Source: the human T2T-CHM13v2.0 reference genome, Homo sapiens. From it: DNA of 64,000 bases. Location of the stretch: assembly GCF_009914755.1 (NCBI RefSeq), contig NC_060931.1. One strand, written 5' to 3'. This document shows, piece by piece, positions 1-15,359 of the stretch (position 1 is the first letter of the stretch; each line of letters opens with the position of its first letter). A model generated the notes under the pieces. It ran no database searches, was not told where the DNA came from, and was given only the letters and a program-made list of their open reading frames with translations. A program made the translations under genes and the position numbers.

Positions 1-449
1 AATAAACTTTCTACCTGCCCTCATCTCTACCTCCTATCTAATGCCAAAAACTCTTTAATTTAATTTGCCCCTTTGAGGTTGTTTTCTAGATCTTCTAGGT
101 GTGATTCATTCTTTTTTATCCTTTTTTAAAAATTTGTCTCCTCTGATTATGTTTACAAACAGCCATCTTCAAGCTCACTACTTATTTCTTCTGCTTGATT
201 AATTCTGCTGTTGAGAGACTCTGATGTATTCTTCAGTGTGTTAATTGCATTTTCAACTCCAGAATTTCTGCTTGATTTTTAAAATTATTTCAGTGTCTTT
301 GTTAAATGTATCTGATAGAATTTTGAATTCTTTCTCTATGTTATCCTTAATTTCTTTGAGTTTACTCAAAACAGCCCTTTTGAAATCTGTCTGAAAAGTC
401 ACATATCTCTCTCTGGGATAAGTCCCTCGTGCCTTATTTTATTATTTGG
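1..449 (-). mobile_element. Old L1 (L1PB/L1MA-type) ORF1-region fragment, continuous with 3005-5060
   Basis: Antisense L1 ORF1-like sequence (tctgcttgattaattctgctgttgagagactctgatg), interrupted at the TTTGG target site by the MaLR element. Confidence 0.75.
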
Positions 450-3004
450 TGATATGGCTTGGCTCTGTGTCTCCACCCAAATCTCATGTTGAATTGTAAT
501 TCCTAATTTTGGAGGTGGTACATGGTGGGAGGTTATTGGATTGTGTGGCTGGTTTCTAATGGTTAGCATCATCCACCTAGTGCTGTCTTGTGATAGAGGT
601 CTCATGAGATCTCGTTGTTTGAAAGTGTGTAGCACCTCCCTCTTTGCTCTCTCTCTCTCATGCCAGCCAAGTGAAAATGTGCTTGTTTCCCCTTTGCCTT
701 CCGCCATGATTGTAAATTTCCTCAGGCCTCCCCCGAAGCAGAAGCCTGTGCAGCCTGCAGAACCATGAACTGATTAAACTTCTTCTCTCGGCCGGGCACG
801 GTGGCTCATGCCTGTAATCCCAGCACTTTGGGAGGCCAAGGTGGGCGGATCACAAGGTCAGGAGATTGAGACCATCCTGGCTAACACAGTGAAACCCCAT
901 CTCTACTAAAAATACAAAAAATTAGCCGGGCGTGGTGGCGGGCACCTGTAGTCCCAGCTACTCAGGAGGCTGAGGCAGGAGAATGGCGTGAACCTGGGAG
1001 GCGGAGCTTGCAGTGAACCAAGATCGCGCCACTGCACTCCAGCCTGGGCGACAGAGCAAGACTCCGTCTCAAAAACAAACAAACAAACAAACAAAAAACC
1101 AACTTCTTTTCTGTATAAATTACCTAGTCTCAGTTCTTTATAGTAATGTGAGAATGGACTAATACAGAAAATTGGTACCAGGAGTGGGGTATTGCTATAA
1201 GGATACCTGAAAATGTGGAAGCAGCTTTAAAACTGGGTAGTGGGCAGAGGATGGAGCAGTTTGAAGGTTCAGAAGAAGAGAGGAAGATGAGAGAAAGTTT
1301 GGAAATTCCTAGAGACTTGTTAAATTGTTGTGACCAAAATGCTGATAGTGATATGGACAATGAAGTTCAGGTTTAAGTGGTCTCAGATGGAGTTGAGGAA
1401 CTTATTGGGGACTGGAGTAAAGGTCACTCTTGCTTTGCTTTAGCAGAGACTGGTGGCACTATGCCCCTGCTCTAGGGATCAGTTGAACTTTGAACTTGAA
1501 AGAGATGATTTAGGGTATCTGGTGGACAAAATTTCTAAGTAGCAAAGCATTCAAGATGTGGCTTCTTCTTACCATGTATGCTCAGATGTGTGAACAAAGA
1601 GATTATCTGAACCTGGAACTTATATTTAAAAGGGAAGCAGAGCATGCCTGGAAGGTGTTTCAGAGACCTTCATGGCAGCCCCTCCCATCACAGGCCTGGA
1701 GGCCTGGAAGGGAAGAATGATTTTATGGGCCAGGCCCAGGGTCCCACTGCCCTGCACAACCTCAGGACACTGCTCCCTCTGTCCCAGCCACTCCAGCTCC
1801 AGCTGTGGCTAAAAGGGCCCCAGATACATCTCAGGCTGCTGCTCCAGAGGGTGCAAGCTGGAGCTGCCAAGCCTTCCAGATGGTGTTAGGCCTGTGGGTG
1901 CACAGAGAGCAAGAGTTGAGGCTTGGGTGCCTCTGCCTAGATTTCAGAGGATGTATAGAAATACCTGGATGTCCAGGCAGAAGTCTACTGCAGGGACAGA
2001 GCCCTCAGGGAGAACCTCTACTAGGGCAGTACAGAGGGGAAATGTGATGTTAGAGCCCCACACATTGGGGCACTCCTGGTGGAGCTCTGAGAAGAAGGCC
2101 ACCATTCTCCAATCCCCAGAATGATAGATCCACTGACAACTTGCACCATGCACCTGGAAAAGCTGCAGGTACTCAACACCAGCCTGTGAAAGCGGCCATT
2201 GGGTCTGTATTCTGCAAAACTGGGGTGGAGCTGCTCAGGGACTTGGGAGCCCACTTTTTGCATCAGTGTGGCCTGGATATGAAACATGGAGTCAAAAGAC
2301 ATTAAATGATTGCCCTGCTGGGTTTTGGACTTGCGTGGGGCTTGTAGCCCCTTGGTTTTGGCCAATTTCTCCTTTTTGGAAAGGGAGCATTTACCCAATG
2401 CCTATACCTCCATTGTGTTTTGGAAGTGACTATCTTGTTTTTGATTTTACAGGCTCATAGGTGGAAAGGACCTGCCTTGTCTCAGATGTGACTTTGGACT
2501 TGGACTTTTGAGTTAATGCTGGAATGAGTTAAGACTTTGGGAGACTGTTAGGAAGTCATTACTGTGTTTTGAAATGTGAAAAGGACATGAGATTCGGTGG
2601 GGGAGGCAGGGGCAGAACGATATGGCTTGGCTCTGTATTTTCACCCAAATCTTATGTTGAATTATAATTCCCAGTGTTGGAGGTGCGGTCTGGTGGGAGG
2701 TGATTGGATTGTAATGGTTTAACACCATCCCTTTAGGGCTGTCTCATGATACAGTTCTCACAAAATCTGGTTGTTTGTAAGTGTGTAACACCACCCCCTT
2801 TGCTCCCTGTCTCTCTCTTGCTAGCCATATGAAGATGTGCTTATTTCTCTTTTGCTTTTCATCATGGTTGTGAATTTTCTGAGGCCTTCCCAGAAGTAGA
2901 AGCCTGTACACCCTGCAGAACTGTGAGCCGATCCAACCTCTTTTCTACATAAATTACCCATTCTCAGGTAGTTCTTTATAGCAGTGTGAGAATGGACTAA
3001 TACA
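450..3004 (+). mobile_element. Full-length MSTA-type MaLR LTR element (LTR 450-1166, internal 1167-2617, LTR 2618-3004)
   Basis: Two LTRs begin (T/C)GATATGGCTTGGCTCTGT and end GAATGGACTAATACA. The internal part is THE1/MST-like. 5-bp TSD TTTGG at 445-449 and 3005-3009. Confidence 0.9.
790..1100 (+). mobile_element. AluY inserted in the 5' LTR of the MSTA element
   Basis: GGCCGGGCACGG start, AluY-type gagaatggcgtgaacc...gagcttgcagtg, (CAAA)n tail, approximate TSD aacttctt.tct. Confidence 0.92.
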
Positions 3005-5060
3005 TTTGGTTAAGTCATGTTTTTCTGGTCTTGCTGGTCTTGATGCTTATGGATGTTCATTGGTTTCTGGGTGTGGAAGAGTTAGGTATTTACTGTAGTC
3101 TTCATAGTCTGGGCTTCTTTGTACCTGTCTTTGGGAAGGCTTTCCAGGTGTATGAAGCTTGGGTGTTGTGATATACATTTTTGGTTGCTGCAGCTGTATC
3201 TGCATTAGGGGACACCCCAAGCCCAGTAATGCTATGGCTCTTGCAGACTTGTAGAGGTGTAAGCTTGGTGGTCTTGGATAAGATCCTGAAGAATTCTGTT
3301 TATCCAGGCAGAGACTCTTGTTCTTTTCCCTTACTTTCTGGCAATCAAACAGAGTCTCTCATTCTGTGCTGGGCTGCCTGGGGCTGAGTGTCGGGGTGAC
3401 ACAATCACCCATGTGGCCACCATCACTGGGACCACAGTGGTGGTTCAGACCCAGAGCTAACATAGCACTGCATCTTGCCCAAGGCCAGTGGTGACCACTG
3501 CCTTGCTACCATCTATGTTTGCTCAAGGCCCTAAGGGTCTACCATCAGCTGGTGGCAAAGCCAGCCAGGCCTTTGTTCTTCCCTACAGGGCAATGGGATT
3601 CCCCAGGCTTTGGGTGGGTCCAGAGATACCATCTGGAGATCAGGACCTGGAGTCAGAAACCTTAGAAATCTACCTGGTGCTCCATTCTTCTGTAGCTGAG
3701 CTGGCGTCCAAGCCACAAGACAAAATCCTTTCTACTCTTGCCTTTCCACAGGCAGAGGATTCTCTCCCTGTGTCCACCACCCCACAGGCCCACGTGGAGT
3801 ACTGCCAGGCTACCACTAATGTTTACTTAAGGCCCAGGGGCTCTTCAGTCAGTTTGTAGTGAATGCTTCTAGGCCTGGAGCTCACTGTTAAGGGCAGTGA
3901 GCTCCCCTCTGGCCCAGAGCAGATCCAGAAATGCCTTCCAGGAGCCAAAGCCTGGGACCTAGTACTTCAAGAACCTGCTTGGTGCTCCACCCCAGTGTGG
4001 CCAAACTGGTACCTAAGGTGCAAGACAAAGCCCCCTTTACTCTTCCCTCTGCTTTTCTCAAGCAGATGGAGTCCCTCCTTGTGGCCACCATAGCTGGGAA
4101 TGTGCTAGTGAAGTCAGCACATCTCAGAGTCTCACCCCAGGCCCACGGCATGTACTGCTTGGCTACTGCTGCCGATTATTCAGGGCCCAAAGGCTCTATA
4201 TTTAGCAGGTGATGAATCCTGCCAGAAGTTGGTCCTTCCCTTTAAGGTAGTGGCTTCCTTTTTGGGATAGCGTGTGTCTAGAAATGCCTGGGAGCTGGGC
4301 CCTGGAATGAGGGCCTCACGACTCTTCCCAGTGCCATATTCTGCTGTGGCTGAGCTGGTATCCAAGTTGCAAAACGATGTCTTCATTACTCTTCCCTGTC
4401 CTCTCTTGAAGCAGAAGGAAGAAGTCTTTTTTGGAGCTGCAAGCTGTGCTGCCAGGGACTGGGGGAGGTGTGGTACAGGCACTCCCTTAGATACCTCAGC
4501 TCGTGTCTCAGTAACTTGAGTGCCCCCAAGTCCCCTAAGCCCAGCACAGCACTAGGACTTGCTTAGGAGTTGCAGTCCTTATGGCTTAGACTGTCTTTCA
4601 GGTTTATTTAGGGCACCGAAGCACTTTAGCCTCAGGTAGTGAGGCTTGCCAAACTCAAGTTCTGACCACTAGGATGGTCGATTCCCCTTTGGCTAGGGCT
4701 CATTTAAATGCTCCTTCTGTGGGCATCAGCTGAGTTCTGTCTGGTGTTGCAGCACTGAATTCCAACGCAAAGTCCCACAATTGCTGTGCTCTCCCTTGCC
4801 TAAGTGCACAGTTTCTCTCTCTGTGCCATGAGGCTGCTGCTGGGGTGTGGGGAAGGGTTGCTGTTGGCAATTGAAGACTGTCTTTCCTACTGTCTTCAGT
4901 GCCTGTTTCAGTGATTAGAAGTTTAAACTATTTACTGATCTCTCACCTGATTCTTGGTTCTTATGTAAGTGTTTTTCTGTGTAGATAGCTGGTAAATTTG
5001 GTGTTCCTGCAGAGAGGATGACCTGTGGAAGCTTCTATTTGGCCATCTTGCCCTGCCTCA
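3005..5060 (-). mobile_element. Old L1 (L1PB/L1MA-type) 5' UTR
   Basis: Ends at ttctatttggccatcttgccc, the reverse complement of the L1 5' start with the YY1 motif CAAGATGGCC. GC-richer UTR with internal ~300-350 bp repeats. Confidence 0.7.
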
Positions 5061-5453
5061 TTCTCTTGCTCCTTTATTTCTTGATTCTACTTGAGTTTGT
5101 GTTTGCCTCGTTCTCCTAATATGGTTTTTCTTCATGCCAAGAAACAGATTATGGTCACCGAAAGGTCAAGACTTGTTATACTCTAGGCAGCAAACACTGT
5201 AGGAAGGAAAACTTTCTTTTCACTTATTAATATATACAAATCCAAGAGAAAGGAGTTTGTTGCCTTGGCTTGGGCCCTAGATCCAGTTGTGTCAATTGCT
5301 ATACCAGCAGCTTATCCCACATTTAGCAGTCCATTTATGGAACAGTGGAGCCTTCCCCCAAGGGAAGGGGTGGGGATAGTATTATCAGAGTAAGCAGATA
5401 AGGTTGCTGGGCTGGTGTAGACAGCAGATTTCCAGCACAATGTATTATGTATA

Positions 5454-5784
5454 CAGTTGGACCTCCACATCTGTGGGTTCCATATTCATAGATTCAACCA
5501 ACCGTGGATCAAAAGTATTTTTTTAAAAATTGGATGGTTGCATCTGTTCTGAACATGTATTGATTTTGTTCTTGTTATTATTCTCTAAACAATACAGTAT
5601 TACAACAATTTACGTAGCATTCATGTTGTATTAGATATTATAAGTAATCTAGAGATGACCAGAGTAATGCATAGGCTGTATGCAAATACCACACCATTTT
5701 ATATAACAGACTTGAGTATCCATGGATTTTGGTATCTGCTCAGGGTCCTGGAACCAATTCCCCAAGGATACCAAGGGATGATTT
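5454..5784 (-). mobile_element. MER2-like (TcMar-Tigger) non-autonomous DNA transposon
   Basis: Termini cagttggacctccacatctgtggg and ggaaccaattccccaaggataccaagggatgattt, flanked by TA on both sides. Confidence 0.85.
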
Positions 5785-7453
5785 TAGTCGTGTCAGAAAA
5801 TACTGCTACCAAATTAGTAACTAGAGTGCTGTCTTCTGAGTTTCATAAGCTATGGATTAAACTTCTTTTTCTAGCAGTAAAAGCACAGGCAAAGTCAGGA
5901 AAAATATGGATCTGTTTAATTTCCACATGTTCTTGGTCTTTGTGTAGAAGAAAGTCAAGTAGATAATACTTACATGTAATCATCACATAATCTTTATTGT
6001 TGCAGAAAGCTTTTAAGTCACCGACTAGCTGGCAAAATTAAATATAAATGCAAATGAAAAATAAGTATCACAGTACTTTTTATGCTACTCACACATTTGG
6101 AAATAATCTCTGCATGGGTATTTAAAACACAATAGGCTTTCACTGCTTATTTTTCTATATAATCCTTCATTTTTCTTTTGGAAATTACCAAAACCTTCAC
6201 TAAAGAAAGAAAATAACCCAGAGTTGTAATTGATGCAAGGTTTATTGCCCCTCCCAAAGTTCAGAAATCCTCTAGTGTGAATGTTTTTATTTGCTTAATT
6301 CTTTTGATGGAAAAATATAATATCTTTCTTCTGTTGCAGCATTCTAATGAGGGCTGGGGATGGACATGAAAGGGAGTAAAGATGTAAAATATTTTTCACA
6401 ATTGTATTTTTAATATAGCAACCCATTTTATCACCACATTTATTACCATTTGTAATGTTTGGCAATCATTAATAATACGTTAACAGTATAACAGCACAGA
6501 TATAAGGAAGTTTCCTTACTTTAGCACTTCACTGGAATACAGTACTGTATCTGTTTCCCCTTTGATATAAAACCTCTGGATACATTGAGCCCATACTTAG
6601 TTTATTTTTATTTTAATTAACTGTTCTCCCTTATCCTTCCTTGCTGCCCAGTCTGTGAGAAAGTTGTGAATTAGAATAAAATGAAAACTCTTCTGATTCA
6701 TTCACCAATTTTTGAGTGTTATTTTGTACAGTGACTGCAATTTATAACAAAAACAGAAATAAAAAGAAAAAGAGAGCCTCCTCCTATGTAATCTTACCAT
6801 TTGAAGAAAACAGTTGGCTTTTCCTTCTTTTCTTTCTTTTCCTTTCCCAATGAGAATATATATATATTTTATGTCATGTCATTGTGATCATACTTAGGTA
6901 GAATTTGTAGTCTTCCCTCTCCATTTAACATCTGTCATAAACATTTCCATGTATTCCACATTCATTTATGGCTACATATTTGCTGATGTTCCATAATATG
7001 CAAAAGAATTGAAAATTTCATTGGACATTTATGTTATTTTCAGTCTTGAACTCTATAAATGATGCTATTATGAACATATTTGCGCAGTAGAGCCTCTCTT
7101 CTGGGATTCTTTCTTTGAGAAAAATTCTAAGTAATGGAATTAGTAGATCAAAGGGTAGATACATTTTTTATAGCCCAGTTTTCTAGTGGATTTGAGATGT
7201 TTTTGACATCTGGAAATATTTAACGATGATGTTTTGATAGTTTATTTTAAATTAAAGCTCTTAAAAATTCAATTTTTTCTTAATGTAATTTTAATTCTTA
7301 TTCTTCATTGGACCTATCTTATGCGTTCTACAAAATTATCTCCATTTTTTCTGTTTCACATGATAGAGAAAAAAATGAAAATCTAAAGCCTAGATTTACA
7401 TATGCAAGAAATAAAAGGGAAAGATGAGAGGACATATATTGATTTTTTCACCC

Positions 7454-7534
7454 TGTTGTCTAATTTTCATTAAGTCTGCCTGCTGTCCAATTTCCCATAG
7501 GTTGGCCTGCTACCTAATTTCCATTAGGTCTGCC
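7454..7534. repeat. Degenerate 27-bp tandem repeat, 3 copies
   Basis: tgttgtctaattttcattaagtctgcc / tgctgtccaatttcccataggttggcc / tgctacctaatttccattaggtctgcc. Confidence 0.8.
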
Positions 7535-8334
7535 TTGATGTGTTTTATTTTTTTATTTTTATTTTTATTTTTTTTTGCCTATGGATAAGAGCTTATTTCA
7601 TAACTGTATCTGTATGTTAACCTTTAAACCCTGCTGTGGTCAATGAAGAATGATGTTTGATAACATCCTCACCATCTTTCCCTTCACAAGAAGATTTTGT
7701 ACAATTATACCGGCTTTCTATACCTTATACACACACTCACTTTCTCTCCTGGGAGTTTTTCATAAAACTAGATCACTTTCATTTTCTGTGATAATATAGC
7801 CATATGTACTATCTCTTTAAGACTTTCAGTGGGAAACTTTGTGCCAATATTCAGAGAGTCTTAAATGCCTGTTGTACAGCTTGATAAACCAAAGATAATG
7901 GGTTTAATTCTGAACTTGTATCTCATAAGCAGTTTTTTGTACCCCATGGACATAGTGATATATCTCAGCCAGCATAGAAATATTCAGGAGTTATGAGCTA
8001 CTTGATTGTAAGTGTTGGGAAACCAGACAACATCTTGTAATTTTTTGTGTGTCTCTAGGACCTAGCTCAGTTCCTGACAAGTGTGACTTTTAGCATTCTC
8101 CATGTCCTGTGGATAGATAAGTATACTCCATCTATTCTATGGGAGAGAATGTAGACTATGAAGTGATAAGTTTCAGGAATAATTGGCTTATTTTGACTTA
8201 GGATAGAAAGGTATTAAAAATTAGCAATGAGCTAAATTTATTACATATAGTGTAAATTTTAGAATGTTTTGGCTTATGGTTGTCAGACATATTCACTGCC
8301 TTATGAACTACAAAATCCCTGGATTTAAACTTAG

Positions 8335-8686
<352 letters not shown>

Positions 8687-8730
8687 CATCTCTGCTATTC
8701 TACATAGTAACTGAATAATAGATATTTCTT

Positions 8731-8993
8731 CTTCTTCTTCTTTTTTTTTTTTTTAGACAGAGTCTCGCTCTGTTGCCCAGGCGGGAGCACAGTGGTGCCA
8801 TCACTGCTTAATGTAGCCTCGACCTTCTGGGCTCAAGCAATCCTCCCACCTCAGCCTCTCGAGTAGCTGGGACTATAGGCATGTGAGGCCATGCCTGGCT
8901 AATTTTTTAGTTTTTTGTAGAGGTTGGTTTTCACTATGTTGCCCAGGCTGGTCTCAGACTTCTGGGCTCAAGCGATCCTCCTGTCTTAGCCTC
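8731..8993 (-). mobile_element. AluJ, 5'-truncated
   Basis: AluJ-type ctgggctcaagcaatcctcccacc, T-rich tail. Confidence 0.85.
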
Positions 8994-9117
8994 ATAATAC
9001 ATTTCTTAACCCAACTGAAGAGCTCCAGATTTTTCCAAGACTATGGATCTGCAAAGGATGGTAGTCATAATCATCAAGTTTATGAGAAGGAGTTTTACAT
9101 TAGAAAACAATTTCATG

Positions 9118-9404
9118 GGCCGGGCATGGTGGCTCACACCTGTAATCCCAGCACTTTGGAGGCCAAGGGAGGCGGATCACGAGGTCAGGAGATCGAGACC
9201 ATCCTGGCTAACACGGTGAAACCCCATCTCTACTAAAAATACAAAAAATTAGCCAGACATGGTGGCACACGCCTGTAGTCCCAGCTACTTGGGAGGCTGA
9301 GGCAGGAGAATCACTTGAACCGGGAGGCGGCGGTTGCAGTGAGCCGAGATTGCACCACTGCACTCCAGCCTGGGCAACAGGGCAACAGAGCGAGATTCTG
9401 TCTC

Positions 9405-9436
<32 letters not shown>

Positions 9437-9441
9437 TATAC
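9118..9441 (+). mobile_element. AluSc/Y-type Alu with A-tail running into (TA)n
   Basis: Full dimer, TSD ATTTCATG, small internal duplication gggcaacagggcaacag. Confidence 0.9.
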
Positions 9442-9915
9442 ATTTCATGTACGGTGGCTATAATCTGAACCTGATTTTGTTTCTATATCTTTCCAAATAT
9501 TAAGGATTCCAAGGACAGGGACAGATAATATAATTATGGTTGAAATGTTTTTCATTCATGTTTGCATGTGTGTGTGTGTGTGTCTGTGTGTCTGTGTGTC
9601 TGTGTTTAGTATGACCAGTGGTGATTACTGTTTGGCATTTATTACGTATCTAAAAAGAGAAAGAATGAGCCACTTTTCTTTTTCTCACTATCTTGTTTCT
9701 ATCTGTGTTATTCTACTGAATATACTCTCGCCACTTTACCAGTAACATACTAGTCTTCAAACTTAATGACCGTTTTTGTCCTTGGATTCTCTGTAGGTAC
9801 TTGAAAAGGCTGATTCTCTCATCCTCAAAACTCTTAATAGTAATTCTTCCTTCCTTTTCTCCAGCTTCTTTTTAGCACATCTTCCCTCTCTAAATGTAGA
9901 CATATCCAAGCCTGA

Positions 9916-10386
<471 letters not shown>

Positions 10387-10544
10387 AACACATCCATTGT
10401 TAAACTCATCAGCTTACTCCCCATCACCATCAGGTCTTCTAGATTTTCACACATCTGTAAGTGGTTCTGTCTATACTTCCCCTGTCATCCAAGTTTATTA
10501 AATATCTGTTGCAGATGATGTGGTAAAGAGAAAATTAAAATTTT

Positions 10545-11245
10545 ATTTAGTTTTTTTTTTGTTTTGTTTTTCTATTGCTGTGTAACAAATTAACACAAAC
10601 TTAGTGGCTTAAAATAACACAAATTTATTATCTCACACTTTATGTGGTTCAGGATTTTGTTTTCAGATGAGCTGGGTCTCTGCTTAGGGTGAAGTAAAGG
10701 TGTTGGCCTGTTTGCTTGTTCAGATGAGCTGGGTCTCTGCTCAGGGTGAAATAAAGGTGTTGGCTTACATCTGAGGTTTGGGGGTTTTCTCAGAGTCATT
10801 CAAGGTTGTTGGCAGAATTCAGCATTCCTTGTGGCTCGATGACTAAGGTCCCTGTTTTCTTGCTAAGAGTTGGATCAAAACCTCTCTTAGCCCCAAAAGG
10901 TCACTCTCAGATCTTGTCCAATGGCCCCTTCCATAGGCAGTTTATAATATGGCAACTGCTTTTTCCAGGCTAGCAGGAGAGCTTTTGCTATGGCTTCTGA
11001 CCTGATTAAGGGCTCACAATATTAAATTAGGCCACTCAAAGTTGTCTCCCTTTTCATTAACACAAAGTCAGCTGATAAAGGACCTTAATTACATCTGTGA
11101 AAACCCCTTTGCCATGTAACATTATATGGATGGTAACCCATCGTATTTACAGTCCCACCAATATTCAAGGGGAAGGAATTGTGCAGGGGGTATACACCTT
11201 GGGGTGGGAATCTTGGGGGCTATCTTAGAATTCTACTTACCACAG
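10545..11245 (-). mobile_element. MLT1 (F/G/H-type) MaLR solo LTR with an internal 57-bp-period duplication
   Basis: tattgctgtgtaacaaatta...agtggcttaaaataacac at one end and tgggaatcttggggg...ttagaattctacttaccaca at the other. Confidence 0.75.
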
Positions 11246-13193
11246 GACAGATGGAATCAAGAATGGTAGTGAGTGCCATCATTAATTATTTGCGGAAGTT
11301 AAAATAGTTATACTAACATAGATGGTGCCAATGGAATGCTAGCTTGGAGTTTTACATTAGTATGTGCATGTTTGTGGAAAACTATACTAATTACACATCC
11401 ATATATATTTTATATATATAAAAATACCTAAAAATGTTTTAATATACTCATCTATATCTATACATTCATTTTATCTTAAATCTGTCTTTGTTACCTCTTT
11501 GTAAACATTTCCCACAACTCAACTATATTTGAATGTGAAATTTAAGATTAATTTTGCAAATATCATGTTTTTAATGAGAGATACACGCCAGTACTTTTGC
11601 CCTTATCCTTTGTTATAAAATTCTGGACAATTTAACATGCTTTTTTCCCTAGCCCAGGTAAAGTGTAATGTAAAGTGACTGCCTTCCTCTGTCTTCCCAG
11701 ATAAGGATAATTGCTTCTGGTGAATAATCAAATTATGGCTTTCATCCTCTGACCTTTGAAGGAATAGCATTCCCTTTATTTTAAGTTGCCTTTGTGTGTA
11801 TGTGTGTGAGCCAAGCCACATTTTGAAATGCAATTTTTCTTAGAAACAGATCTGTTGAGAAACAAAATAAAAATGTAGATTTCTTATTTGAATAGAGAGA
11901 AAAGTGTTTTTCTCTGGTTTCTTAAAATGTATTTATAAATAGCACCTGTTTCTATGTAAATATAGAGATTTGTTGTTAATTGTTCTCTGCTGGTATTGCT
12001 AAAATTGATGATAGAGCTTTTCTTTGAGTCATATCTATACTGTATTGTTTGCTGTACTGTCTAAATCATTTCTCCAATCTAAGAAGAAAGTTTATCTTCA
12101 GGGGAGGGCTTTCTCACTGTTTTCCATTGATTTTGAATACATCAGAATCTATTGCCAGTTTTTGATTGTTTATTTAGTAGGCCATAAGAAAGATTCAAGT
12201 TTACTTCCATTTTGCAGAGGGTTTGAAAATTTATAAATTTTCCAAATATGGTGTGTTAGCTAGAGCATCTTGTAGGGAGGAAAAATGTGAGAAGTGAACT
12301 TTGGTTTCATTTTCAAATTGGTGGATTATGTTGATCTGGTATATAGCTGGTATGAAACTAAATACTGACACTTAAAGACTTAACTGTTTTGTTTGCCTGT
12401 TTAATTTGGAGCTGCTTATAGCTATTGAGATCATTACATGCAACAATCTTTTGTATATTTATTCATAGATTACTCTGCTATACAGCCTTTAGCTTTATAC
12501 TTGATTTGAAGTTTGAAATGAAATTGGAAATTAATATTTTTACCTTTACTCACATGCACATTCAGTCTTCATTTCTCTCCATTGACTTAGCATTTCTCTT
12601 CATTTAGGAAAAAAAATAGATTTGTGGCTCAGTTAGTAATTATGTTCATCCTCCAATTCAAGTCTTTCCTGAACTTGTTCAGGTCAGGCTGACATTTTGC
12701 ACTTGATTAAGGGAGACTCGATGATAGCTAGGAATCCACAATATAATATCTTGTTCTTGAGTGTGACTTAATGTGCTTCTAACCTAATCTCAAGGTGTCC
12801 TGATTGTCTTGTTCATTCATTGATATTTCTTCCTATTTCCTTGGCATACCAGATCAAAATTTGAATATATTAATAGCCTTCTAAGGAAAGAAATACACCA
12901 TAGCTGTAAAAGAAGAAAAAGTTGCTTCTGGTAGCAAGAAGGTGGATGACACAAACTTCCTTGCGCAATGGTGACCTTTCAATTAGCTTACCTATTTTCT
13001 CTGTTCTTTGAGGGTTTGATGCTAGCTGCCCATTTCAAATCTGCAGCTTCAAACAATATTGCTGTTTCTTCTTTGAAACATAGATCTCAGGGAAGTGACT
13101 GTTGGAAAAGTAATAATAATGATTCTGTTTATTATTTTATTAACTGTATATATTAGTACAGATAAATGAACACATGGATAAAGAATATTCTAT

Positions 13194-13463
<270 letters not shown>

Positions 13464-13514
13464 CTACTTTTCAGGGTAAGATTTATGCCATTCCATATTA
13501 TAGAAAATGTATGC

Positions 13515-13670
13515 TAGCCAGTCTCAGTGGCATGCGCATGTAGTCCCAGCTAGTTGGGAAGCTGGGGGATCACTTAAGCCCAGGAGTTAGAGGTTCTAGT
13601 ATGTTACGATTGTGGAGTGCCCTCCAACATGGGCAAGCCTGGATAGTGAGACTCCATCTCTTAAAAAAAA
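13515..13670 (+). mobile_element. FAM/FRAM-like Alu monomer
   Basis: Degenerate single 7SL-derived monomer ending gagactccatctcttaaaaaaa. Confidence 0.7.
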
Positions 13671-14387
13671 AGAGAAGAAAATGTATACTTAAAAATTTAT
13701 ATTTATTTCCAATTTGAATCAGTGAAAAAGCTGAGTAAAGGTATAGACAAAATAAAGAGCATTTACATTATTTATTTCAGATACATCCATGCAAATCCAC
13801 ACAAGTCCATATGTGGATGTAAATTGTGGAGAGTTTTTAATCAGTGTGCATGCCATTTAAAAATACAAGAGATCCTAGGGAAAATAATTTCCATTTTTAG
13901 CATCAAAGATACTTCATCTGTTTTTATAAATGTGTGTTATATAAATCAAATCAACTATTCTTCTCATTGCTACAGTATGGCATACATTAAATCCAAAGAG
14001 AAGTACTTGTTCTTGAAATTAAAATAGGGAAGCCAAACAATATGTCAGTTATTAAAAAGTAGATTTTTAAAATGATTTTCAAAATTGTAGTCAAATAATA
14101 GCCCTTGACTGCTCTCAAATATTACATTGCAGTTCCACTCTTAGCTAAGCTATTGATAATTCAATTATTTGAAGAAAGTGGTTTAAAATTAACTTAAAAG
14201 TTACTCTTCCCTTTTGGATAATAGATTCTGCATCATATCATCTATGATTATGATGATGATGTCTTTAGAGTGCTCAGGAACTGCTATGTTATCTGCTCTG
14301 TTATGTGGTTCCATAATGATAACATGCAGATGGATGTATACGTGGAATTTTCAACTAAAAGCTCCTCGATTTGGAGAAATTTATTAA

Positions 14388-15306
<919 letters not shown>

Positions 15307-15359
15307 TAATTCTTTCTATGTCTTGCAGTTAGGTTATTTTTTTTTTCTTGTTGCTTTCC

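Noticed and set aside
1644-4519. Cluster of overlapping 60-125 aa ORFs
   Set aside because: They lie in the GC-richer MaLR internal region and L1 5'UTR, where stop codons are sparse; no splice or homology support.
7454-7534. Regularly spaced repeats resembling a CRISPR array
   Set aside because: Contiguous degenerate tandem units with no unique spacers, in eukaryotic intronic DNA.
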